From the NCBI RefSeq assembly GCF_006345805.1, contig NC_043000.1, forward strand, positions 44,764,001 to 44,828,000: a stretch of DNA of 64,000 nt, written 5' to 3'. Origin of the DNA: Octopus sinensis. Its lineage: Eukaryota. The position numbers were made by a program, and so were the translations under genes. The stretch's first letter is position 1. Every line of letters begins with the position of its first letter. Under the pieces are notes generated by a model. That model made no database searches and was not told the origin of the DNA. It saw only the letters and a list, made by a program, of their open reading frames with translations. This document shows positions 39,388 through 52,618 of this stretch, one piece after another.

Positions 39388-39391
39388 ATAT

Positions 39392-39655
39392 TAAATTAGA
39401 GACAAAACCACTAGTAGGCAAATCATACAATGAAAAACTTAAGCCAATGCATAAGATTATTTAATTTATATTATTTAAATATATAACAAAATTATTAAAA
39501 AAATATAATTAATATAACACTACGATCGTTTCATGGCTGTTAATTTCTTTAAATTAATTTAATATAATATAATATTTTACTATAAAATTGGATTCAATCC
39601 TAAATGTGATTTTTCCCTGTAAGTTTGGATTTATTCCCTAATATTTATTATTATA
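39392..39655. mobile_element. Possible Penelope pLTR fragment with a half hammerhead, between TA tracts
   Basis: Minus strand GAAACGATCGTAG (~39519-39532) resembles a hammerhead GAAA plus palindromic stem III and GUA. The CUGANGA half is absent. Confidence 0.35.
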
Positions 39656-39669
39656 TATATATATATATC

Positions 39670-40537
39670 TTACAAGATAATTGGCCTCTCTCGTTTGACC
39701 AATCTCGGTTGTTTGATTGCAAATTCACTCATCATTTCATTCCATTGGTTGATGAATATATCCGCTGTAATTGACTTACCAATTCTCATGAAGCTGTAAC
39801 GCATGACACCAGCGCTGAACCACCAAACAGACACCATTAGCTTTTTAGGTGAATATTCTCTTGAGCTGTGATTTGACACTTCGTCTTCATCCAACCATCG
39901 TGCAGAACACTTGCTATTGTTGAAAACCAATCCATCTCTCATCACACGTAAGGATGAGATGCACCACTTGTTCGCTTTTATGACATGACAGCAAAGAACA
40001 GCAAGTTTCAAGACGACCTGTCATTTGACGCGCATTCAGTTCGTGTGGTACCCATTTGTTCAGCTTCTTTAACTTGCTAATTTGTTTCAGATGGCCCAGT
40101 AAGTTGGAATCGAAACATCAAACCTTGCTGCTAAAGCACGCGCAGTTTGAAATGTATCCGCTTCCAATAGAGTTTCCAACTCACCATTATCCACCTTGTT
40201 CTCGGGTCTACTACGAAGCTGATTTTCTAGGGTAAAGTCACTAGACTGGAACGACGAAGGGCGCGCTCATTCGCCACGTCTTCACTAAACAACTCACTGA
40301 TGTTTTGAGCTGTCTGGGATACATAGGTTCCACGATGGAACTCATTCATAAACAACATGAATATTTGATCTATCTATGTGTACACAAAAATTGATTTGCT
40401 AGGGAAAACTCAAAATATAATCAGATACCATGAATTGCATTTCGAGAAGTGATGATGAAACTCTTGGATGTTGTGAAACAAAGAATTGTGAAACTCGGTG
40501 CATCAGAAAATCGGACATTTTATTCTTAATGACCTGA

Positions 40538-40540
<3 letters not shown>
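39670..40540 (-). mobile_element. Decayed mariner transposase, 3'-truncated
   Basis: WVPHEL at 40037-40054 (minus) and KKLMVSVWW..GV...GKSITAD in ORF 39670-40011. TIR-like end atcaggtcattaagaataaaatgtccg next to TA. Confidence 0.9.
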
Positions 40541-40572
<32 letters not shown>

Positions 40573-41594
40573 TTTCTGTGTATCTAGTACTTGCTTCTTC
40601 CTTTAGAGGCCTTTTAATGTACTTATATATGAATAACATATAGTCTAATGACTAATTTGTCTTTTGTGCTAGATCACTGGTAATAATAATTTATTTTATT
40701 ACCCTTTTTACTATATATATAGTAAATGCGAAACCTAATGTCTGTGTGTCAGTGTGTCACATTTAGATCCCTTCTCTCACTATTCAAGAAGACTGCTACT
40801 ATTCCTCATGGTGGGGTGCGAGTAATAGTAGGCGTAGAGATGGTGAGAGTGGCGAAGACAAAGAGGTAGAGAGACAACGAAAAAGAGAGGGAGAGAGAGA
40901 GAAAGAGGGTTAAGCACTGAGGTAACATGCTAAATAACATACTGAACGAACACACACATTGAGACTTTTTGTGATGGTAATGTGATGACAGTAATAGTAT
41001 GAACTGTAGTTGTGCTAGAGGCGGAGGCGGTGGTGATGAAGGTGTTGGTCTTCGTGGTGGTCAGAGAAGACGGTGAGAGTAAGCGTTGTGAAGGACAGTG
41101 GTGATGATGGTGGAGGAGAAGACAGCGAAGTCAAAGGTATTGATGTTGGTGGCAACAGAAGTCTGAATTGTGTCTGTACGGCAGTTGTGGTTGCGATGGT
41201 GGTGGTACTAGTGATGGTAATGGTTGAAAACAATCAATAGAAAAAGAAGAAGGAGAAGAGAGGTAGAGAAAGTAGGAGGTTAAATAGAAAAAGAAATTGT
41301 ACTGACGCTCGAATGGGAAGACAAAAAGTGTTGCTTATCCTATAGCTTTGCAATAAATTCCAAGTCGACAAATTAAATCACTGTTTTGGTGAAAATTGTT
41401 CTTTGCATGAAGAAGTATTGTTCAATTTTAATAATTTTTAACATATACTCAATGCATGTGTTGGGCCCAAAATCTAATGAAGAGCCTGCCAGAGGAGCTA
41501 GCGGCTTTTACGTTAGTATATATATATATATAAGTGTGGGGGTGGGGAATGTAGATATATGTGTGTGTGTGTGCGTATGCATATATAAATATAT

Positions 41595-41850
41595 GTGTGT
41601 GTGGGACGTCTGACCTCTGACCTCTGACTTCTGCCTGAAATCAGAACGCCATGATGGACCGTTAGCTCCTACACGCATTTTTTTCTCTCCTTGTTTCTTT
41701 TCTGTGTATCTTTCTGTCGAAGAGCGTAGGCTCGAAACGTAAAAGACTTGTTTTATTTCTATTCCTGAGCGCCATACTAATACAATTGTTTGTTTGTACT
41801 CCACCTGCATTCGTCTTTTGTTTATTTTCGTAAACCTTCCCGTTATGTAT
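41595..41850 (+). mobile_element. Short hammerhead-bearing element between TA/TG tracts (probable Penelope pLTR fragment)
   Basis: Unique ~250-bp segment bounded by microsatellites and containing the 41709-41746 motif. Confidence 0.55.
41709..41746 (+). ncRNA. Ultra-minimal hammerhead-like motif with variant core (family B)
   Basis: TCTTT - CTGTCGA-A - GAGC gtag GCTC - GAAA - CGT - A - AAAGA. Stems I and II are perfect, stem III is the palindrome ACGT, and the triplet is GUA. The core deviates from CUGANGA. Confidence 0.6.
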
Positions 41851-42229
41851 ATATATACGTATGCGTATATACACACACACACTTCCTATATTTATTTCAC
41901 TCAAACAAATTTGGTCTCCTCATCTTTGATAGCGTGTCATCTAACTCATAAGGCCCGCAACGTATTACATTTCATTCGACTATGACTACATATCAGTCTC
42001 CACCGGCATCAATCCGCTCACTTGCAAGCTGGAACCCAGAGTGCTGAGCATGTGCACTGACCGGTTCATACATTCCGCTACTCGAGGTACCAATCGATCA
42101 TGCCGGACGTCTCATTGGTACGTGGGAGCGATTCTTCATCGCGCGTGTGGCTGAGTATCCCTGATTACGAAAGAAAATCTGTTGTATCCTTTTTGAAAAA
42201 AGTGCTCACATACTCCATATATTTACCTG

Positions 42230-42620
42230 CGTGGAGGCGCAATGGCCCAGTGGTTAGGGCAGCGGACTCGCGGTTATAGGATCGTGGTTTCGATTCCCAG
42301 ACCGGGCGTTGTGAGTGTTTATTGAGCGAAAACACACCTAAAAGCTCCACGAGGCTCCGGCAGGGGATGGTGGTGATCCCTGCTCTACTCTTTCACCACA
42401 ACTTTCTCTCACTCTTACTTCCTGTTTCTGTTGTACCTGTACTTCAAAGGGCCGGCCTTGTCACTCTCTGTGTCACGCTGAATATCCCCGAGAACTACGT
42501 TAAGGGTACACGTGTCTGTGGAGTGCTCAGCCACTTACACGTTAATTTCACGAGCAGGCTGTTCCGTTGATTCGGATCAACTTGAACCCTCGTCGTCGTA
42601 ACCGACGGAGTGCTTCCCAG
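42230..42620 (+). mobile_element. tRNA-derived SINE family 3
   Basis: Head tggcccagtggttagggcagcggactcg...ggtttcgattccc has A and B boxes but no complete cloverleaf. GC-rich body. A degenerate head is also present at ~38840-38935. Confidence 0.85.
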
Positions 42621-43189
42621 TATCTATATTAAATGTTTCTTTAATATTGTCTTTGAAACACTCGTGAGGCGTTCACAAGACATTTTTATTGTTCCAGCTC
42701 GCCATACAACTCCCGCCCGATTTGACGTGCAGATGTTCTCTAAACAATCGAGACTACTTGACCATTAAGTGTTTGGTAGTCATGGATTCGATATAGATCA
42801 TTTTTGACAGTTGCTCGAAGAAAAGAAAATAACATTTAGCATGTTGCTCTCGCGTTCTGTGCCAAAACGTGAACCTGATAAATCACTGAAAGTCTTTTAT
42901 AAATTTATGTCTGTGGTCCGGCTTGCATTGCTGGCAGCAAAAAGAGGAAGCTGGTGAGAAAAAGCACCCGAAATTCAGACATCAGCCAACGCGATAGTCA
43001 AAATCTTTGTACCACCAACTGCATGCATATTCCGTCTTTACTCCTTAGAGAAAGCACTAGTAATGTGCTGCTGCGCAAGCGAAATGAAATCAAGGCCAAA
43101 TGGTAGCATCATTTTAGTGATATTTGCACCCTAAGATTGCAGTAAGAACTTGTATCACCGGGTGGGGGGATTTGCATTGGCACATGTAA

Positions 43190-43552
43190 TCCACCCACTT
43201 AGGATTAAATGGTGGCAGCTGTAAAACTGATGTTTACCAGAAAAAAATACCTGGGAAAGGTAGCATTGTTCCTGAATAAGTTCAGAAACGTAGAGCTGAG
43301 ATACTGGAAATTTTATCTACCGTATTTCACACAGTGTGAATGACAGACAAAATTCCACAAGGATGAAGAATTTCACTCGCATTTCTTTGTATCAGAAAGA
43401 AACCCAAGGCATTTGTGATAAACACCATGGAATCTTCTCTTCTATTAGCCATTGGCAAAATCTTTGCAAAGATATTCTAAATCGGTTGCTGGACCATTTT
43501 ACACCAGATATTTTTCCTGAGTCAAAATGTGACGTTTAGCCAAATCGAAGAA
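43190..43552 (+). mobile_element. RTE-clade LINE RT fragment
   Basis: GICDKHHGI/SLLLAIGKIFAK/ILNRL..IFPESKCDV, cf. RTE CDNYRGISLLS.GKI.A.ILLNRL..LPESQCGFR. Upstream 42640-43190 may belong to the same element. Confidence 0.75.
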
Positions 43553-43563
43553 TTGCTTATTTG

Positions 43564-43609
<46 letters not shown>

Positions 43610-43641
43610 ATGCACACACGCCTACGCACATATACAGACTG

Positions 43642-43692
<51 letters not shown>

Positions 43693-43849
43693 GTAGCTTT
43701 CGGATCAGTAGTTAAGATCTGTAGGAATGCTATTGCCGAGGAACTTATAAGTGACTAAAGCTCTATGATGCTGTGCTGTTCTTTTAAATCCAGTAAAAAT
43801 TAGAATAAGAAGACCCTATATTGCATATACCAAATATGTAAAATTGAGT

Positions 43850-44078
43850 GTATATGTGTGTGCGTGCGTGCGTGTGTGTTATGAAAACATATGCCAGAGT
43901 ATTTGTCCGTTAGTGTATGCGTGCATGAACTGTACGTTTAGCGGTGTGTGCGTATTATATTGTGTGTGTGTGAGTGTGAGTGTTGGCGTGTGTATGTGTG
44001 TGTTATGAAGACATATGCCAAAGTATTTGTCTGTTAGTGTATATGTGCGTGAATTGTACACTCAGATGTGTGTGTGTA
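43850..44078. repeat. Tandem duplication, ~125-bp unit x2, TG-rich
   Basis: gtgtgttatgaa.acatatgcca.agtatttgtc at ~43874 and ~43999. Confidence 0.8.
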
Positions 44079-45507
44079 TTTTGTATATGTATGTTCGCGT
44101 GTATGCATAAAATGAATGTCCATGTATTCGTTTTTAATAGGAGCGTATAGGAGAGCATATTACTTCAATTATCCTATTACAGTAATGGAGACTACTGTAA
44201 ACAGATGTGTTTGCATGCATATAGAGACCTAAACGCATACAAACACGCAAACATGCGCACACATTTACAGTCACACAACAGCATATACAGATTTGTATGC
44301 GTGCATCATTAAGCATGTGTCTACTTATTATATGCTTATAGGAAATTACCAGCATGTATGCATTTGTGTAGTTAAGCATGTAGGTGGGTGCTGACATATG
44401 TTCATGTACGTTCGATGTCCCTGTATGTGTTTTCTTGCAGTTGTCTGCGTGTTTGTCCGTGTGTGTAGCAATCATTTATTCAGTAACTGCCATTACGTTT
44501 TAGAAAATGAACAATAGAACAACAGAATCAAATGTTAGTTGAACTGACTTTACTTTGCAGCACAAATCTCTTCGCTCATAAAACCCTTTCTATGTTCAGT
44601 CATTATTATGTATGGTCATATGTGTTAAATTTGTAAGTTTGCTAGAATTACTCAAATCTGCAACTTATAATAATGCCCACAAGAGCTATAACTAATCGGA
44701 ATTGCCAGCGAATAAAGCCGTGTTCATTGTTAAAGAGACTGAGAGTTTGAGAGATAATGTGAATAAGAGACATTATAAGAGGCTACAATAAAGAGAGTGA
44801 AATATAGATAAAGTGACAGGAAGAAAGAGAAACAGACAGACAGAAAGCAATTGATACAGGTATGTGCAAGAGTGAGGTTAAGGGAGTGTGGGTAATGGCT
44901 AATAAATCAGGAAGTTATTTGATGCTGAAATCCCCGAATGATTAACGTTTGCAGTTATTGAGCACGGTATGCTCAAAATAGGTCGTTGCTCATTATACCT
45001 GAATAAAATTACGGCAAAGATTCCGATGGCGTCAAAATATTGAAACTAATGTAATTCTGTAATCTGTAAGACTTTACTTCCGTATATAGCGTGGTATTCA
45101 CATTGATATTCTCAAATCAATGTAGTTTTACTATTCAGTTCAGGGTCTTTTCAACAATTTTATCTCCTGATTGTTAGGTGTAAATATATTTCATTTGAAA
45201 GATCAGGTGAGAAATAAAATAGATGTTAGCGCTTATGGTTAAAGAAATATTAATTACAAATATAGACGCAAGCCTTAAATATAAGGTGGAGATAGAAAAA
45301 AACATAGTTAATTATAGGGATTCCAGTACTTAACAGATGGTTTATGTTGTTTACTAAATAGGGTAGAAAGGGTAAGTCAACTCTGGCAAGAATTGGATTC
45401 AAGAGTGAACTAAGCAATTCACATTTTATCTATTGATGTATTGATTCTACCAATCGTGGTCCTTGTTAAACAAACTAATACGAACGATAATTCAGTATTT
45501 TGTTGCA

Positions 45508-45567
<60 letters not shown>

Positions 45568-45570
<3 letters not shown>

Positions 45571-48500
45571 TAGTTTTATTTTTATAGCGTGCTTTCACTT
45601 CACTACCGAGCGCAGCTCTGTGCGCATAAGGTATGTGCTGTGATTGTTGTGATGCTCTGATGGTTATTGTATGGAAAGTGTTCTGCGAAGGATTGTGCAG
45701 TGCCTAGTAGTGCAATTTTCTGTATGTTATTGTGTTTGTAAGTCCAGGTGTTTTTGTTATGTATTTGTCTGAATATTTTTTATCATGCCTAATGCACCTA
45801 CTATATAGAAATTGTTTGTTTTTGGATTCCACATTCTGGTTACCTCTATTTCCAGGTCTTTGTAATTTGAAAGTTTCTCCATTTCTTTTAGAGACACGCT
45901 GTCATCTGCTGGTATTGATACATCAATTAGAAAGCATTTTTTTCCTTCGTGATCTCTGACAACTATATCTGGTCTGTTGGCCTTAATTTCTCTATCAGTG
46001 TGTATTGGCATATCCCAGAGTATGGTTGCTTTCTCGTTTTCTGTGACCTTTTCTGGTGTGTGCCTATACCATCTTTTTTCTGTTGTTATTCCATAATGTT
46101 GGCATAGCTTCCAGTGTATGTAGGTTCCAACTCTGTCACGTCTGTGAATATATTCCTTCTTAGCCAGGACTGGGCAGCCAGAGATAATATAATTTATTGT
46201 TTCTTGTCCATCTCCACATATTCTGCAGTTACTTGTTATATTTCTTTTCATTACATGTTTTTGGTAATTTCTAGTGGGGAGGCTTTGGTCTTGTGCTGCA
46301 ATTAAAAATCCCTCTGTCTCTGCTTTGAGTCCTGAGCTTCTCAACCATTGCTGGGATTTTTCTTTGTCTATTTCTTTTGCGTTTAGTTTAGTCCAGTATT
46401 TACCATGAAGGGGCTTTTCTTGCCATCGTTTTATCATGGTTCGTTGCTGTTCTAGTTTTAGTTTGGATTTCATTTGTTTTATAGCTTTTGCTGTTTTTTC
46501 ATCTTCTTCTTCTTCATATTTATTAGGTGGTATGATTTCTTGTTTGTATTTGTCAGTTTCCTTAAATACTGAGAACAGTTTTTTATTTTTCTCGTGTTTT
46601 GCCGCTATTTGTATCAGTTTTCCTTCCTTCTGAAGTAAATATTTTTGTAGTCCTATGGTGGTTATTTTGTAGTAGTTTTCCAGCTGTATATGGCCTCTAC
46701 CACCTTCTATACGTTGTATATATAGTCTTTCTATGTCAGATTTTGGGTGATGCATCCTAGATCCTGTCATTATTTTTCTTGTTTTCCTATCTATTTTGGT
46801 CAGTTCATTTAGGATATTGTCCAGTTAAGGATATTGTAGCTGTAACTTATAACTGGGACAGCTAAAGTGTTGATACCTATTATCTTGTTTTTAGCATTGA
46901 GCTCTGTTTTTTGTATTGATCTAACTCGTCTATAATATTCTTTTCTTATTTTCTCTTTCATTTGTGTGTGGTGTGTCTTATCTAATTCATGGATTCCTAA
47001 GTATTTGTAAGTTTGGCTTTGGTCTAATGTTCCAGCTGTTTGACATTTGCAGCGTATAGTTTTAGGTCATCCATATATAAAAGGTGGCTGATCGTTTCGC
47101 CGTAACACATTTATATCCGCATCCAGTTCTATTTAGCATATCAGATAGAGGTGACAGTGCAAGCAGAAAAGGAGTGGAGAGAGCGTGTCTCCCTGGAATA
47201 TTCCTCTTCTAATAGGGATGGCTTGGTTTTCATGAGTCCTCTTTTTGTTTGGAGCTGTAGCACTGTTACCATTTATTCATAGAGTGCCCTATGAATTTTA
47301 TAATTCTTGGTGCTACTTTGTTAATGGCTAGTGTTTCGAGGATCCATGTGTGGGGGATGCTATCAAACTCCTTTTTGTAGTCGATCCAGGCCATACTGAG
47401 GCCTTTCTTCTTTCTGTGGCTGTCTTCAGTTATGGCTTTATAAATAATTAGTTGATCTTTACAGCCATATTAGCCTTTGCAACATCCTTTCTGCTCTTCT
47501 GGAAACAGGTTGTTTTCGTCCAGGTGCTTGTTCAACGTTTGCGATATCACTGCAGTAAATGCACTGTACATGTAGGGAGACAGGTTAATGGTCTGTAGTT
47601 TCTGGTTTTGCTGTCTTATTTGATTGGGAATTAAGATGGTTTTTCCTTCGTGAGCCATTCAGGCATTGTCTCTGGCTCTGCTAGTATGTTGTTAAAGATT
47701 TCAGCCAGCTTTTTGTGCATTCTGTTAGATATTTCAAACAGAAGTTGGGGATCTTGTCATACCCAGGTGCCTTCAGTTGCCTAGATTTTGCAGTGCCTAA
47801 GTGACCTCTTCAGTTGTTATGGGGGTCCAAAGTTGCTCAGATGCTGAGTTGTTGTTTTGATACTCCTTTTTTTTTGGTTGTTCGCTCGCCGACCATATTT
47901 CTCTCCAGAATTCTTCCACTTCTTCTGCCGTTGTGCTGCAGTGATTTCTATTTTATTTTTGCCAAATTCTGGTGGACTTTTTGGGGTTGGAGTTGAATTT
48001 TTGTTATGGTCAAAGAAGCGCTGGCGTTTCTCGTACCGGCGGATCCTTTGTGCTTTGGCAAGGATATCTTGCTTCAGCTTTTCTTTTATCTCAGGTAATC
48101 TTTTTCTGTGATGTTATATTTGCGGAGTATTTTTGTTTTCTTTTTGTTGCTCAGTAGCGTTGATTGTCTTCTGATTTCATTAAGAATCGACAGATATTTT
48201 CTCATTTTTTTTTTTTTTGATGTTATTTATCCACAGGGTTTGTTTGGGTGGTGGTACACCTGTTTGGATGGATTTGAGTGAGTATCCATCTTCTTTTGTG
48301 GCTGCAGTGGCTGCTGCGTATACTAAGTCATTTAGCTCAGTGATATCGCTTTTTGTTTCAGTGGCTATTAGTTCCGTGACACCTAGGTTTATGCTGTTTA
48401 TAATTGGTGTTGTTGTTTCGTCTATTTTGATTTTTGGGACTATGGTCGGTGGTCCATTTTAAGCTCTGTGGTTTTCAGTTCTTTGATTATTTTACTTTTT

Positions 48501-49488
48501 ATATTATCATAATCATTAGGCTCCCCTTCGTTGTTTCCAGGTTTTTGATTTGTGTCGCTTTCTTTATTATTTATATATTTGTTTGCCGTGTTTTGGCTTG
48601 CTGTTTGTCGTGTAATATTATGCATCCTTACGGTCTGGGTTTGTTGTTTTTTGTTTACATCGTGTTTGTTGGGAATGTTACGTTTGTCTTCGTGTTTTAG
48701 TTTCAGTGTTTATATATTGGGCATTGTTGTGTGGCTTCTATCTATATTTTCCTGATGTATTTTTTCTTTTAGATTCTATTTCTATTTCTGATATTTTTTT
48801 GCGTTGAGAATGTATCTTCGTACGTTAGCTAGTTTATTAGGGTTCATTGCTGTATCCAAGTCTATATTTATGTTATTTTCCTTCTATATTTTATATGTAT
48901 GTGTTGTTGTGTTTTCATTTTTTGGGTAGAGCACTGCTGTGAAGTATGCGTGTAGGATAGAAATGTATTCCTCACGTGTCCATTTATGTCTTTTGGGTTT
49001 TATTTGCGGGACATGAGGAGCAACGCCCGGCCCATTATTTTGACGGTCGTCATTTTCGTAGGGTACCGGTCCGTTGATTTCTCTTGTCACATTGTTTTGC
49101 ACGTGTAGTTTTTCGTACATTTTGTGTTGTAAGTTTAAAGTACGTACCTCCCGATTGTTATTCTTGGGTTGAATAATATCGGTGGTATTTAATTTCTTCG
49201 TAGTTCCTTTGTATATGGTGTTTAGGGTCGGGAATGATCTGGTGTTGATGGATCGTAATGTACCACGCAGGTTTACATGTGTTGTGTTAGAGGTGGAGAT
49301 GATATCGAGTCAAAATACATCATTTCGTTTCTAAAATAGTAATAAATTTCAATGAGTATTACTTACTCGGATACAGTCCAATCCTTTGTTAGTAAATCTT
49401 TGGCTCCATACGATGTTCTTGTTTTCGATGTTTGTGGATAGATTTCGGAGCTCTGTTTTATCGTTCTTACATCCCCCGGTGTTTTCTC
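45568..49488 (-). mobile_element. Near full-length R4/Dong-clade non-LTR retrotransposon (~3.9 kb) inserted in (TAA)n; ORF frameshifted
   Basis: N-terminal KRHKWTREEY; RT motifs FPEEQKGC, AWIDYKKEFDSIPH, GIFQGDTLSPLLF, YMDDLK, YKYLG; CRICG..ETINYIISGC knuckle; RPDIV..DVS.P..KE.EK RLE. (TTA)n on both sides. Confidence 0.96.
45757..46770 (-). pseudogene. Longest uninterrupted segment (337 aa) of the R4/Dong polyprotein: thumb, Zn knuckle, RLE endonuclease
   Basis: MHHPKSDIERLYI.R.EGGRG...RPDIV. Frameshifted just before the true C-terminus. Confidence 0.9.
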
Positions 49489-49537
49489 TTATTATTATTA
49501 TTATTATTATATTATTATTATTATTATTAATATTATT

Positions 49538-49574
<37 letters not shown>

Positions 49575-49625
49575 ATATTATTACTATTATTATTATTATT
49601 ATTAATATTGTTATTATTATTATTG
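49489..49625. repeat. (TTA)n microsatellite
   Basis: Directly visible. Confidence 0.95.
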
Positions 49626-50112
49626 AGAGAGCAGCACAAACCATTAAAGTGATACTGGGATACAATTATTCGTATACCCATCATGACTACCCATCTGATA
49701 AGTGAACACCAGGCACATGCATCACAACCATATGAACACGACATGGTAATCTCATATCGAGAAAAACAGTACATGGCGCTTGCAGTTGGGGCCCAGTTAG
49801 AATTTTCTTCAGGTCGAGCAGCCTGTCACTCTCGGAAGGTCCCTGAATAAGAGTTGTAGAAGGATGTTGAACGAAACATTCATGTTTCCAGATGTGAATT
49901 ATTCAAACCCCCAAAATACCTCTCACACATCGCTATGGTACTCCCCAACAACTTTACTTGTATTCAGAGATGTACATATCGTCAGCCACTAAAGGAGATG
50001 TTCAACGCTTAAGGAGCTGATTAAATAGCTTTTGTTACATATCCAACTGCACAGAATTTGAAAGAAAGATATTTTGGGGAATTGATATAAAGAGTAATTA
50101 CAAAATGGTCAC

Positions 50113-50172
<60 letters not shown>

Positions 50173-50173
<1 letters not shown>

Positions 50174-51016
50174 TAGCAGAATTGCCCGGCGTTGCTCGGG
50201 GCTGAATTGCTTGAAAGTACTGTTAATGATTGCACTGAATTATGATGATTATTCAGGCAAATATTGATATAAGTTTACGGTTGGAGATAAGGACTAAACG
50301 ATAAAACGTGTGCCATTGCATTGTTTTTGGGGAACCAAATTTCTGATGAGCATTATAGGGGCACCAACTTTAAGTTTGAGAAAGTGTGGTGGTAGTCCGG
50401 GGTGCTCAAAGGAATTGAGTACCTCTATTGGATAGTTGATGACGTCATCTGGGTCAGGAGTTGTATCGATAGACTGATATACATAGACTTCCCCAGGAAT
50501 GAGTTTTAGCATTTCATCATTAATATGGTGAACAGTTTTATTCCACGGGGCCAGTATAGCCTTGTTGCCAATCCAATCCATATTCTGATAATTAGCTTGT
50601 AGATCTGGGAACACTGCATCTCTGAGATCAGAAGGCGTCTTAACAATGGTACAAATGGAATCGATGGCAATATTACCATTTTCATCCCCTGGTATTTTGC
50701 CTTCGCCAAGTGCAAGGAGGGTGTGAGGAAATGCTGCTGATGTGATATTACGTTGCATATGAGCACGCATATTGGTGTGAAGTTTGAGAGTTACTTCCCT
50801 TTATTTAAAAAATATGCATTAAAATGGAAAAAAATGATGGTAAATTATTTGTAAAATCATAGACTCATCGTAGACGCGCGCTAATACCCAGAAGAGCTCG
50901 ATATGAATCAAGACTATAAAATACCCGGTTTTGGTTAAACTGCATTGCAAAATGTGGGAGTAGTTAGGAATCTAAATCGGAGTAGACAGACACACAACCT
51001 TTCTTTTATATATAAA
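50173..51016 (-). mobile_element. Internally deleted Helitron carrying a PIF1-type helicase fragment
   Basis: ORF 50294-50770 has ILAPWN..V..IN and GLPPHFLKLKVGAPIMLIRNL...CNGTR. The 3' end has hairpin cccgagcaacgccggg (50185-50200) followed by CTAG (50173-50176), next to a TA tract. Confidence 0.92.
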
Positions 51017-51860
51017 TATTTTCGTCCTAAAAAACTTTGTATGGATTGAATGGTTACCTCTATGGAAATATATACACGCACATTATACATACATGTGTGT
51101 ATAGATGAATATATAAATACATTTAAATATCTATATACACTTTTGGGCGATCTTTCTTTTTCTTAGAGATAACTTTAGATCTTATATTCGTCCTAAAAAA
51201 CATTGTATGGAGTGAAAGGTTACCTCTATGGAAATATATACACACACAGTATACATACATCTGTGTATAGATGAATATATAAATACATTTAAATATCTAT
51301 ATACACTTTTGGGCGATCTTTCTTTTTCTTAGAGATAACTTTAGATCTTATATTCGTCCTAAAAAACTTTGTATGGAGTGAAAGGTTACCTCTATGAAAA
51401 TATATACACACACATTATACATACATCTGTGTATAGATGAATATATAAATACATTTAAATATCTATATACACTTTTGGGCGATCTTTCTTTTTCTTAGAG
51501 ATAACTTTAGATCTTATTTTCGTCCTAAAAACTTTGTATGGAGTGAATGGTTACCTCTCTGGAAATATATACACACACGTTATACATACATGTGTGCATA
51601 GATGAATATATAAATACATTTAAATATCTATATACACTTTTAGGCGATCTTTCTACTACTTGTATATACTTTAGATCTTATATTCGTCCTAAAAAACTTT
51701 GTATGGAGTGAAAGGTTACCGCTATGGAAATATATACACACACATTATACATACATCTGTGTATAGATGAATATATAAATACATTTAAATATCTATATAC
51801 ACTTTTGGGCGATCTTTCTGCTACTTGGATATGGGTCTTATATTCGTCGTAAAAAACTTT
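51017..51860. repeat. Tandem array, ~166-bp unit, ~5 copies
   Basis: cgtcctaaaaa at ~51023, 51189, 51355, 51521 and 51686, with a variant at ~51845. Units are highly similar. Confidence 0.95.
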
Positions 51861-52352
51861 CCTGTCACACACTCACGCACACGCACACACACACACACCA
51901 CACACGCATCCTCACACACACACACACGCACACACACACACACTCACACACACACACACGTTAGCTTACAATTTTATTTATATATTTGCGTGTCTATGTG
52001 TGTAAAGTGGAAGTGGGAATGTAGAGTGAAATAGTGACTCACTACAGAAAGTGAATTAGTTTCACTTTATTCGTTGCACACTGTGTGTGTGCGTTTGCGT
52101 GTGCTGTATCCCACACTAAGAGAAGCATTTGACTCATACACCACAATGTGAGTTTTCTCTAAATTTTGCTTAATTGGGGCTAAAATTTTAAAAAGTGGAC
52201 CTGTTACGACCCGATGCATTCTACTCTTAAAAATGCTAGGTAAATTGTAATTGAAGAAATCCTATATTGTAGATTTCTATAAGATACAAAGGGAGGCAGA
52301 TAAAATCTGCCTTTTATAATAAGATTATAATAAGAGATATGTATATACATAT

Positions 52353-52404
<52 letters not shown>

Positions 52405-52410
52405 TGGTTG

Positions 52411-52618
52411 GGAGTGCTGAAAAGTTCTAGCTTTAGGTAAAACTAAAATACAGAATAATCATTTAATAATGATTTTCTTTAACATATTCCTCTCTAAGAT
52501 TTACACACTTATTGAAGGGGTCCTTCAGTTTTTCTACGTCCTGTAAAAGAACTCAGAAGGTCGGATCTCCAGCCAGGCCTTTCTCGATAGCCTTAAAGCT
52601 AGGAACTTTTCAACACCC
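52411..52618. mobile_element. Mariner-type MITE
   Basis: TIRs ggagtgctgaaaagttctagcttta / taaagctaggaacttttcaacaccc; no ORF. Confidence 0.75.

Noticed and set aside
42230-42310. tRNA gene
   Set aside because: No acceptor-stem pairing and it continues into a SINE body, so it is a tRNA-derived head.
51017-51860. Regular array as a CRISPR or a tandem retrozyme
   Set aside because: No unique spacers, no cas genes, eukaryotic context, and no CUGANGA core seen on either strand.
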